Source: Alphaproteobacteria bacterium
GTDB lineage: Bacteria; Pseudomonadota; Alphaproteobacteria; UBA828
Assembly: GCA_965214705.1 (NCBI GenBank)
Contig: OZ243972.1
Span: forward strand, 3,904,001-3,968,000
Direction of reading: 5' to 3'
Length of the DNA stretch: 64,000 bases
Positions 9,485-17,384 of this stretch are shown one piece after another; position 1 is the first letter of the stretch; each line of letters begins with the position of its first letter. The notes below the pieces were generated by a model that ran no database searches, was not told the origin of the DNA, and was given only the letters and a program-made list of their open reading frames with translations. Position numbers and translations under genes: made by a program.

Positions 9485-9976
9485 GTGGGTATCGAAGAGC
9501 GGCTGCAGCGCCTCGAGGATATCGAGGCGATCAACCAGCTGATCGCGCGCTACGCGCAGGCGGTGGATCACAACGGCGACCCCGCGCTGGTCGCGCCGCT
9601 CTTCACCGAGGATGCGGTGTGGCATTGCGAGGGCATCGGCCATTGGGAAACGCGGGAGGGCATCCTGCGCGACATCCGACCCAACTGCACCACCTTCATG
9701 CCGTGGGCCATGCATTACATGACCCAGCCGATCGTGGAGGTGGCGCCCGACGGCCTGAGCGCTACCTCCAACCACTATCTGTGGGAGCTTGCCAAGGTGA
9801 CGCCGGAGGGCGGCGGGCCGACCCAAGACACCTGGGTCGGCGGCTGGTACGACTCGCAGCTGCGCAAGGAGGGCGGCGCCTGGAAGTTCGCCCGTATCGA
9901 CCTCACGCTCAAGCTCTTCAGCCCGGCCGACGGCCGTGCCTGGGAGACCCGGATCGCGCCCTGGTCACCCGATTAG
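9485..9976 (+). CDS. SnoaL-like (NTF2 fold, SnoaL_4) protein, copy 2
   Basis: Colinear paralog of the preceding gene; GTG start after GGGAGG. Confidence 0.85.
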   Translation: MGIEERLQRLEDIEAINQLIARYAQAVDHNGDPALVAPLFTEDAVWHCEGIGHWETREGILRDIRPNCTTFMPWAMHYMTQPIVEVAPDGLSATSNHYLWELAKVTPEGGGPTQDTWVGGWYDSQLRKEGGAWKFARIDLTLKLFSPADGRAWETRIAPWSPD

Positions 9977-10015
9977 CCGGAAGCTTCGGGGCAGCCGGGT
10001 GCCCGGCGCAGCGTG

Positions 10016-10780
10016 CTACTTGGGCGCCATTCGGAGCGCGCCGTCGAAGCGGATCACCGAGCCGTTCATGAAGGTGTTCTCCGCGATATGCACGGCGAGC
10101 GCGCCGTACTCGTCGGCGGTGCCGAGGCGCTTCGGATAGACCGTCGTCTCCAGCAGGGACTGCTTCACCGGCTCGGAGAGGCCCGCCATCATCGGCGTGT
10201 CCATCAGCCCCGGCGCGATGCAATTGACGCGGATGCCGTCGCGGGCGAGTTCGCGCGCCATCGGAATGGTCATCGCGGCGACGCCACCCTTCGACGCCGC
10301 GTAGTCGAGCTGGCCGATCTGCCCCTCGAAGGCCGCGACCGAGGCGGTGGTGACGATGCAGCCGCGCTCGTTGTCCTCCATCGGGTCCAGCGCGGCCATG
10401 TCGGCGGCGGCGAGGCGGCACGAGTTGATCGTGCCGATCAGGTTGACGTGGATCGCGCGGGTGAGCTTGGCCAGCGGACTCGCGTTGCCGTCCCGGCCCA
10501 CCAGCTTGGCGCCCGGCGCAATGCCGGCGCAGGCGACCATGATGCGCGCGGGCCCGAGCGCGTCCCGCACCTGAGCGACGGCGGCCTCGTGGCTGGCCGC
10601 GTCGACCACGTCGCAGGCGGCCGCTGCGCCGCCGATCTCGGCCGCGACCTTCTGAGCCAGCTCCTCGTTCATGTCGAGAATGCCGACCTTGGCGCCGGCG
10701 GCGGCGAGCTGCCGCGCCGTCGCTTCGCCCAGCCCCGACGCGCCGCCGGTAACGATCGCCGTTTGCCCGCTAATGTTCAT
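10016..10780 (-). CDS. SDR family oxidoreductase (HSD10-like 3-hydroxyacyl-CoA dehydrogenase)
   Basis: TGGASGLG, YAASKGG and C-terminal DGALRMAPK. Confidence 0.9.
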   Translation of the reverse strand: MNISGQTAIVTGGASGLGEATARQLAAAGAKVGILDMNEELAQKVAAEIGGAAAACDVVDAASHEAAVAQVRDALGPARIMVACAGIAPGAKLVGRDGNASPLAKLTRAIHVNLIGTINSCRLAAADMAALDPMEDNERGCIVTTASVAAFEGQIGQLDYAASKGGVAAMTIPMARELARDGIRVNCIAPGLMDTPMMAGLSEPVKQSLLETTVYPKRLGTADEYGALAVHIAENTFMNGSVIRFDGALRMAPK

Positions 10781-10855
10781 GTCCAACTCCCTTCGAATTC
10801 CGGGCGTCTACATAGCAAACCGCCGGTGCGCGCAAAAGACGCGGGCGAGTGATGG

Positions 10856-11773
10856 CTACGGGCCGATAGCGGTGGGGCGGCGGCCGGCGAGGAGCGCTTC
10901 GCGGCGGGCGATGTAGACCGCGCTCGCCACGATGAAGACCGCGCCGACCCAGGTCCAGATTCCCGGAAACTCGCCGAACGCGAACCAGCCGATCGCGACC
11001 GCGAAGGGGAGGCGGGTGAAGTCCAGTGGCACGATGGCCGTCGCCTCCATGATCGAGAGTGCGCGCGCCATCGAGAAGTGCGCGATCGTGAGCACGCAGC
11101 CGATGCCGAGCAGCCAGCCGAGCTGCTCCATGGTCGGCATCTGCCACCACCAGAGTGCGGGGCCGAGCGAGATCGGGGTCATGATCAGGTTCATGTAGAA
11201 GACGATGGCCAAAGGCGATTCCGAGCGCGCAAGCAGGCGCACCAGCGCCATCGAGGTGGCGAACATCAGCGCCGCGAAGATCGCGAGCAGGCCACCGATC
11301 GAGATGGTGTCCGCCCCCGGTTGCAGGACGATCAGGACGCCGGCGAAGCCCACCACGGTCGCGACCCAACGGCGCGGGCCGACGCGCTCGCCCAGCATCA
11401 GGATGGCGACCGGGATCATCCAGAGCGAGACCGTGAAGTTCAGCGTGATGGCTTCCGCGAGCGGCGTGATCTGCAGCGCCGAATACCAGGCCCACATGGC
11501 GAAGACGCCGATCCCGGCGCGGACGGCGAAAAGCTTGAAGCGGCCCAGCTCGAACGAGCCGAAGCCGATGCGGAACATGAAGGGCACCAGGATCAGGGTG
11601 CCGATGCCGTTGCGGATGAAGGCAATCTGAAACACCGAGACTTCCGCCGAGATGTGGCGGATCGCCGCCGACATGCCCGCGAAGCAGGCGCAGGTGAAGA
11701 CCATCAGGAGCACGCCTTCCCAGGTGCGCCCGATGGTGCGGCCGCCCGGCCGATCCGTCGACTGCGTGCTCAT
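10856..11773 (-). CDS. DMT/EamA family transporter
   Basis: About 10 hydrophobic segments; LGERVGPRRW.A..VGF.GV motif. Confidence 0.9.
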   Translation of the reverse strand: MSTQSTDRPGGRTIGRTWEGVLLMVFTCACFAGMSAAIRHISAEVSVFQIAFIRNGIGTLILVPFMFRIGFGSFELGRFKLFAVRAGIGVFAMWAWYSALQITPLAEAITLNFTVSLWMIPVAILMLGERVGPRRWVATVVGFAGVLIVLQPGADTISIGGLLAIFAALMFATSMALVRLLARSESPLAIVFYMNLIMTPISLGPALWWWQMPTMEQLGWLLGIGCVLTIAHFSMARALSIMEATAIVPLDFTRLPFAVAIGWFAFGEFPGIWTWVGAVFIVASAVYIARREALLAGRRPTAIGP

Positions 11774-11932
11774 GGCGGGCGGCCTGCTCCCTTGCGCCGC
11801 CCGCCCGGTGTTTTCCCGCTAAACGAGTATCAGTGGGCGCGAGTGGCGGATGCGTTCGCGCCCCCACCATGCCACATCGGCCCGGCAGCCGCAGCGCGGG
11901 CGGCAGGCGGGAGCGCCCGCCTGTAAGCCGGC

Positions 11933-12646
11933 TCAGTACTTGTGGCAGCCGAGGCAGGTGAGCTGAGCGCGCTCTTCCGGTTTGTCGAGCTGCTGCTGCG
12001 CCATGAGCGCGTAGGGGGTCTCCGGCAGCTCGGTGATGATGCGGTTCAGATAAACCTCCGCCTCGTCGCGTCTCTCCAGCAGCCACAGGGCCTCGGCGAG
12101 CGCGCCCAGCAACTCGCCTTGGCTGTGTACGGTGAGAGAGTCGAATACGGGCGCGCGAATCTTGAGAACCTTGGTGTAGTCGCCGACCACCGTCTCCAGG
12201 AGCCCGATACGGGTCGGGGCGTGCGTGATATACGGAGCGGCAGAGAGGTAAACTGCCGCTCGCGGGATCAGCGTCTGCAGGCTGTTGGGCGCGAGCGCCA
12301 CGGCGCGGTCGAATTGGGCGACGCTCTTGTTGTAGAGCGCCATGCCCGCTTCCCGATCGCCCTGGGCAAAGGCGAAGCTTGACTCATAGAACCAGCCCGA
12401 CGCCTGCCAGACCAGGGCGCCCGGATGGTCCGGGTCGTCTGCGAGCGTCTCCTCGCACATCGCCATGCCGCGTTGCAGCGCGTCTTGGTTTCCGGCGAAG
12501 CCGGCGAAGAAGAGCTCCCGGACCTTTTCGTCGAAACGCTCCGGCTCTTGCGCTGCGACCGGGAGGGTGAGCACGAGCGCCGCAACTAGCGCGATGAGGC
12601 CGAGGACGAGGCTGTCCCGGCGCGCACGGTTCGCCATGATGTGCAT
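11933..12646 (-). CDS. Exported TPR-like protein with C-terminal CxxCH motif
   Basis: Signal peptide ending VAA-Q, helical TPR-like repeats, terminal TCLGCHKY. Confidence 0.7.
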   Translation of the reverse strand: MHIMANRARRDSLVLGLIALVAALVLTLPVAAQEPERFDEKVRELFFAGFAGNQDALQRGMAMCEETLADDPDHPGALVWQASGWFYESSFAFAQGDREAGMALYNKSVAQFDRAVALAPNSLQTLIPRAAVYLSAAPYITHAPTRIGLLETVVGDYTKVLKIRAPVFDSLTVHSQGELLGALAEALWLLERRDEAEVYLNRIITELPETPYALMAQQQLDKPEERAQLTCLGCHKY

Positions 12647-12664
12647 GTCGTCTCTCCCCTTCGT

Positions 12665-12970
12665 TTATGCGCCGGCGCCCTCGCTCTCCAGAATGTCGCG
12701 CAGATAGGCCACGTGGCTCTGGAAGGCGCGCCGTCCCGGCGCGGTGATGCGGACGCGGGTTCGCGGCCGCTTGCCCGCAAAATCCTTCACGACGGTCACG
12801 TATCCGGTCTTCTCCAGCGTGGTGAGGTGCGACCCGAGATTGCCGTCGGTGGCGCCGGTGATTGCCTTGAGTCGGACGAACTCCAGCATCTCGCGGCGCG
12901 GCAAGGCGTTCAGCGCCGACATGATCTTGAGCCGCGTCGACTGGTGGACGATCTCATCGGGGGCGCTCAT
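12665..12970 (-). CDS. Winged-helix transcriptional regulator (HTH_34/MarR-like)
   Basis: IVHQSTRLKIM..L, TDGNLGSHL..LE..GYV...K.F.GKRPRT...T..GR.AF motif; TGATG overlap with the upstream gene. Confidence 0.9.
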   Translation of the reverse strand: MSAPDEIVHQSTRLKIMSALNALPRREMLEFVRLKAITGATDGNLGSHLTTLEKTGYVTVVKDFAGKRPRTRVRITAPGRRAFQSHVAYLRDILESEGAGA

Positions 12971-13533
12971 CAGGCCCGCCGCATCCAGACGCCGCCGAGG
13001 ATGAGGGCGCCGCCGCCCGCAAGCGGAACGATCAAGTGCAGGTGCGCCGGCGCCAGGATGAACACTCCAACCGCGAGACCGCCCAGAGCGACGCCTACGA
13101 CTGCATAGCGGAGACCTATCCAGCACCCCGCGATGGCGTAGCCCGCCGCGACCAGCAGGGTGAAAAACATCAACACTTTGCCACCCGAGATCGGCGCGAA
13201 GATCATCAAAGTGAGCCCGATGAATGCCGCGAGCACGGCGGCCGACCCCAGGTAACGGAGGAGGCGCACGCGATCGCCCGGCTCGTTGCAGCGCCGCCCA
13301 TGTCTGACAATCAGGAAGGCGGTGCCTAGAAAGCCGGCGATATCGACCGCTCCCCAGACGATGCCCGGATTCGCGGTTGAGAGGGCACTGACGGCGCCGG
13401 CGACGATCCATAGCGCACCCCACAGAAACAGGTAGGGGCTCGCCACTCCGTACCCGAAGAGCGTCCGGCTGCGACGTTCCGTCGCCTCGACGTCGTGCAG
13501 CGCCGACGAGGCGTCATCCTTGCTTACGCTCAT
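12970..13533 (-). CDS. Hypothetical multi-pass membrane protein
   Basis: About 6 hydrophobic helices; translationally coupled to the regulator. Confidence 0.75.
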   Translation of the reverse strand: MSVSKDDASSALHDVEATERRSRTLFGYGVASPYLFLWGALWIVAGAVSALSTANPGIVWGAVDIAGFLGTAFLIVRHGRRCNEPGDRVRLLRYLGSAAVLAAFIGLTLMIFAPISGGKVLMFFTLLVAAGYAIAGCWIGLRYAVVGVALGGLAVGVFILAPAHLHLIVPLAGGGALILGGVWMRRA

Positions 13534-13620
13534 GGCGCGCTCCGCGTCTCCGCCTCTCTGCTGACGGGGAGTATAGCTGATTTCTCTCTACAACACAGAG
13601 TAATCTGTATGCCAAAACGG

Positions 13621-13650
13621 CTTGATTCAGGTCAACGCGCTTCCCACATT
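13621..13650 (+). promoter_or_regulatory. Putative RpoH (sigma32) promoter of ibpA
   Basis: CTTGA...CCCACAT with alphaproteobacterial RpoH-like spacing. Confidence 0.55.
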
Positions 13651-13654
13651 CAGG

Positions 13655-13765
13655 ATTGAGAGGTAGCCAGCCGCGTAAGGGCTACCGCGATCGGCCGCTT
13701 CAGGGTGCGCGCCGCCACAGGGCGCACCCACCGACACTCGCTCGACGGAGGAGGGCAAGGCGATG
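13655..13765 (+). promoter_or_regulatory. ROSE-like RNA thermometer in the ibpA leader
   Basis: Hairpins GTAGCC/GGCTAC and GGGTGCGC/GCGCACCC, then TCGCT (13738-13742) positioned to pair with the AGGA Shine-Dalgarno. Confidence 0.65.
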
Positions 13766-14191
13766 GCACGAGTTTCACCGTTCAGCAGCCCTCTTCTGCT
13801 CGGCTTCGACCGCCTGGAGGAAATGGTCGACCGGCTCTCTCGCTCCACGACCGACGGGTATCCCCCTTACAACGTGGTGCATCTGGGGGATGAGCGGCTG
13901 CGCATCAGCCTCGCCGTTGCCGGCTTCGACGAGGACGATCTCGACGTCACCGTCGAGCGCAACGAGCTGCACATCAGAGGACGGCAAGCGGAGGAGAACG
14001 GTGCCGTCTACCTGTATCAGGGCATCGCTGCGCGCCAGTTCCACCGCACGTTCCTGCTTGCGGACGGGATCGAGGTAACTGGCGCTTTACTCGACAGCGG
14101 ATTGCTTCACATCGAGCTGACTCGCCCCACCGCACCTGAGATCGTGAGGACCATCGCGATCAAAAGCGGCGATGGAGCAGGCAATGACTAA
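13763..14191 (+). CDS. ibpA: Small heat shock protein Hsp20 (IbpA-like)
   Basis: LLLGFD, YPPYN, RISLAVAGF and YLYQGIAARQF.RTF.LAD. Confidence 0.9.
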   Translation: MARVSPFSSPLLLGFDRLEEMVDRLSRSTTDGYPPYNVVHLGDERLRISLAVAGFDEDDLDVTVERNELHIRGRQAEENGAVYLYQGIAARQFHRTFLLADGIEVTGALLDSGLLHIELTRPTAPEIVRTIAIKSGDGAGND

Positions 14192-14265
14192 GGGAGGTGT
14201 GTCGTGTGTGAACGGCGCGGCAGGCGCTGCTGCGGCTTCCGTGTCCAGTCCAGAGGAGGACGGTC

Positions 14266-14481
14266 ATGAATGATGGTGATCGGGCGATTGCCGGCGAGCG
14301 GAGGGAGTACGTCCACTTCCTCACCGGCAACGAAGCGTACATCCAGGAAGTTGTGGTGGACGGCGCCGCCGTCTACGGCATCCATGCGCCGGACGGCCGT
14401 CTCCTTGGCGTCGCGCCGGACCGCGACCTCGCGTTCGCCGCGGCCCGTCAGCACCAGCTAGAGCCGCTCAGCGTCCACTAG
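14266..14481 (+). CDS. DUF1150 family protein
   Basis: AYI...YGIHAPDG..L...DRDLAFAAARQHQLEPLSVH; usual neighbour of ibpA. Confidence 0.85.
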   Translation: MNDGDRAIAGERREYVHFLTGNEAYIQEVVVDGAAVYGIHAPDGRLLGVAPDRDLAFAAARQHQLEPLSVH

Positions 14482-15322
14482 GGCCTGTTCACACTAATTG
14501 TGCGAATCGTGTTACCATTCTGGGATGGAGATCACGGAAGCTCAATACGCGCGCCTTGCCCCGTACCTTCCGGTGCAACGCGGCAACGTCAGGCTGTCGA
14601 ACCTGCAGGTGCTGAACGCCATCCTCTACGTGGCCGAGCACGGCTGCAAGTGGCGCGGACTGCCGGCCCGCTTCGGCAACTGGCACACCATTTACATGCG
14701 TATGAACCGGTGGTCGAAGAACGGGGTGCTCGACCGGGTATTCGAGCAACTGCAGCGGGAGCAGATCGTGCGCATCAGGCTCGAGGCCGTGTCGCTGGAC
14801 AGCACCATCATCAAGGTCCATCCCGACGGGACGGGGGCGCTAAAAAAAACGGACCCCAGTCGATCGGCAGGTCACGAGGCGGCTGGACCACCAAGCTTCA
14901 TATGGTTGCCTCGGATGCCCGGACGGCCGTGACCTTCTCGCTCTCCCCCGGTCAGGCGCACGTCGCGCCGAAGGCGCGCGTATCCGCGCGACGCGCCGGA
15001 GGGGCGCAAACTGTTGCGCCGCCTCGGCCGCCAGCGCGCCAAGCCAGCGCTGGTGATGGATCGCGCCTACGAGGGCGACGAGACGCGCCAACTGGCGCTC
15101 GACCTCGGCTTCACACCCGTGGTTCCGCCGCTCAAGACCCGGCGTGACCCCTGGCTATACGACCGGGAGATGTACAAGCGGCGCAACGAGATCGAGCGCC
15201 TGTTCAGAAGACTGAAGGGCGTCCGGCGCATCTTCTCCCGCTTCGAGAAACTCGATGCCCTGTTCCTCGGCTTCGTCCACTTCACACTCATCTACGATGC
15301 CCTGCGTTAACGTGACAGGCTC
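14481..15322 (+). mobile_element. IS5-family (IS427-group-like) element inserted at CTAG
   Basis: Imperfect TIRs GGGCCTGTTCACACTAA / TTAACGTGACAGGCTC; CTAG at 14478-14481 and 15322-15325. Confidence 0.85.
14525..15310 (+). pseudogene. IS5-family transposase; two-ORF frameshift type, additionally broken by a 28-bp insertion
   Basis: ORF A has GCKWRGLP..FGNWHTIY.R..RW and LDST; A8 run at 14842-14849; ORF B has GRSRGGWTTKLH, DRAY and YKRRNEIERLF; insertion at 14963-14990. Confidence 0.8.
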
Positions 15323-15325
15323 TAG

Positions 15326-15446
15326 CAGGCTGCTGAAAAACCCTTTGGACCCGACCAATGATTCCCTTCTGTTCTGAATTCGATTCTCATTCGTTCCTGC
15401 GTTTCGTCAGAACATGTTGGAAATATCGGAGTTTTTCAGCAGCCTG
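15326..15446. mobile_element. 121-bp MITE (non-autonomous IS derivative)
   Basis: Perfect TIR CAGGCTGCTGAAAAA / TTTTTCAGCAGCCTG, CTAG on both sides, AT-rich non-coding interior. Confidence 0.85.
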
Positions 15447-15501
15447 CTAGAGCATTTTTCGATCTTATAGAATCTTTAGAATTTTCAATCGCTTGGAAAT
15501 G

Positions 15502-17167
15502 GTAACTGCCCAGGTCGCTTACTGAGGTGATTCCGGTGTTGGGGAGTTCTTGCCCGGTAGGCTCACGCGCACTTGACGGTGGCGATGAGTTGGTCCGATG
15601 GGCTGATCAGGGCTTCGATGATGTTCCAGCCCTGCTTTCTGGCGGTGGTGATCACGCTGCGCAGGATGGCGAAGTTCTCGGCCCCCTTTGCGGATCGGAA
15701 GCCGCCGGAGATCTTCTGGCGCAGCTTCATCATCCGCAGGTCGCGCTCGGCCTCGTTGTTGGTAAACGCCACTTCGGGGTCGGTCAGGAAGCGGAGAACC
15801 GCGCATTTTCGATCGCGCAGGCGCAGGGCGAGGTTGTGGCCGATCCGCCGCTTCTTGCGTCCCCGCTTTCCGGGCTTGGGAGGCGAGAGCGGCGGCTGGC
15901 TCTCGTGGAAGGCCAGCGCCTCGGCAATGATCTCGTCGTATCGGCGCTCGATCAGCGCCACAAGCGTCGCCGGAACGGCGATATCCTTGTCCTGCGCGAT
16001 CCGGGCGGCGCGATTGGCCCGGCGCAGGAGCTGCTGCATGCGTCCGGCCCAGCCTTCCCCTTCGATGTCCACCAGCGCCTGCAACTCCCGCAGGTGGTGG
16101 GCGTTGCACAAGCCGTGCTCCACCCCCTCCAACGTGAAGTACGGCTTCCAGTGATCGTGAACGACGATACCGGAAACACCCAAGAGCAGGTCGCCGCGCT
16201 TGGCGCTGACCCGGAATGCCGCCAGATGCGGCGTGCAGATCACATGGAGCCACTGCGTTTGCCCGCCAATCCGGAACCCGGTCTCGTCGAGGTGCTTCAC
16301 CCGCGCCGTGCCCGCCGCAAGCTCCTGTATGTGGGTGGCAACTCCCCGCAGCCGATCGGCCGCCCTCTCGCTCATCGCCGCCAGTGTCGCAGCCGTCACC
16401 GGCGCGCCGAACAGCTCCGCCATCACCTGCGACAGCCGGTCCTCCGGCAGGAAGTGGGCGTGCTGAAGGTAGACCGCCACGCCTGCAATGCGCGACCCGT
16501 ACTGCACCGGTGCCGACACCCCCTCGGGGAACGCTGCACGGGTCAGCGTGCCGCAATGCCCGCAGCACTTGGCATGCGCCCGGTGCTCGGTCACCTCCAG
16601 CGCACGCGCCTCGGGCAGGTCGAAGACCTGGCGGGCGTGCGACACCCCTGCCGTGGCCGCCGCCGACAGGGACGAACCGCATCCCTCGCAGGCAGCCGGA
16701 ACGTGGTTCTCCACCCGGTCCGGGTGATCCGTGCGGCGCAACGTCTCGCCCTTGTGGCCGGGCTGACCGCCCGGCTTGCGCCCCGATTTGCCCCGCTGGC
16801 TTTGGGTCCGCCGCTTGGCCCTCGGCTTCTTCAACCCATCGCTCGACGGCGGCTTGGCGCTGTTGCGACTGCTCAGTCCGAGACGGCGTTCCAACTCCTC
16901 GATACGCTCGACAAGACGCGTGTTTTGTTCCTCCAGCCGCGCATTCTGCTGCCGAAGCCAGGCGTTCTCCTCCTCCAGGCGAGCGATCTTCTGCTCGGAA
17001 CTTTCGGGCCGTGCCCCCGTTGAAGGGCCGCGCGGCGACTCGGGATTGCTCATGTCGTTGTTGAGTCATTTTCCGAAACTTCCGTCAACCCCCTCGTGTC
17101 AACTCCAAACTGGCCGTGCCTCAACCCCAAGGTTCAAAATGACAAATCAGACAACCTGGGCAGTTAC
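15502..17167 (-). mobile_element. IS66-family element (single-ORF, ISBst12-like)
   Basis: 14-bp TIR GTAACTGCCCAGGT / ACCTGGGCAGTTAC; 8-bp target duplication TGGAAATG at 15494-15501 and 17168-17175. Confidence 0.95.
15563..17053 (-). CDS. IS66 transposase (TnpC-like)
   Basis: Coiled coil, NSAKPPSSD, GGQPGHKG, HLDETG, CNAHHLREL and TNNEAERDLR..KLRQKISG. Confidence 0.95.
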   Translation of the reverse strand: MSNPESPRGPSTGARPESSEQKIARLEEENAWLRQQNARLEEQNTRLVERIEELERRLGLSSRNSAKPPSSDGLKKPRAKRRTQSQRGKSGRKPGGQPGHKGETLRRTDHPDRVENHVPAACEGCGSSLSAAATAGVSHARQVFDLPEARALEVTEHRAHAKCCGHCGTLTRAAFPEGVSAPVQYGSRIAGVAVYLQHAHFLPEDRLSQVMAELFGAPVTAATLAAMSERAADRLRGVATHIQELAAGTARVKHLDETGFRIGGQTQWLHVICTPHLAAFRVSAKRGDLLLGVSGIVVHDHWKPYFTLEGVEHGLCNAHHLRELQALVDIEGEGWAGRMQQLLRRANRAARIAQDKDIAVPATLVALIERRYDEIIAEALAFHESQPPLSPPKPGKRGRKKRRIGHNLALRLRDRKCAVLRFLTDPEVAFTNNEAERDLRMMKLRQKISGGFRSAKGAENFAILRSVITTARKQGWNIIEALISPSDQLIATVKCA

Positions 17168-17384
17168 TGGAAATGTGATTCAAGATGCGGGCTGGTGAAG
17201 GAGGCCGGCCTGCATGACACGACCTCTTTCGAATGATCTGCGCCGCCGGGTGGTGACGGCGGTGGTCGATGGCGGCATGACCCGCCGGGGCGCGGCGAGA
17301 CGCTTCGGCATCGCGCCGTCGACGGCGATCAAGTGGGTCGATGCCTGGCGCCGCACGGGCAGCTATCGCCCCAGGGCGCAAGGA

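Larger units (their letters stand above)
15450..17384 (+). mobile_element. IS630-family element, truncated copy 1 (left end interrupted by IS66, cut off by IS4)
   Basis: Left end and start of ORF A (17214 onward, MTRPLSNDLRRRVV) nearly identical to the copy starting at 55560. Confidence 0.9.
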
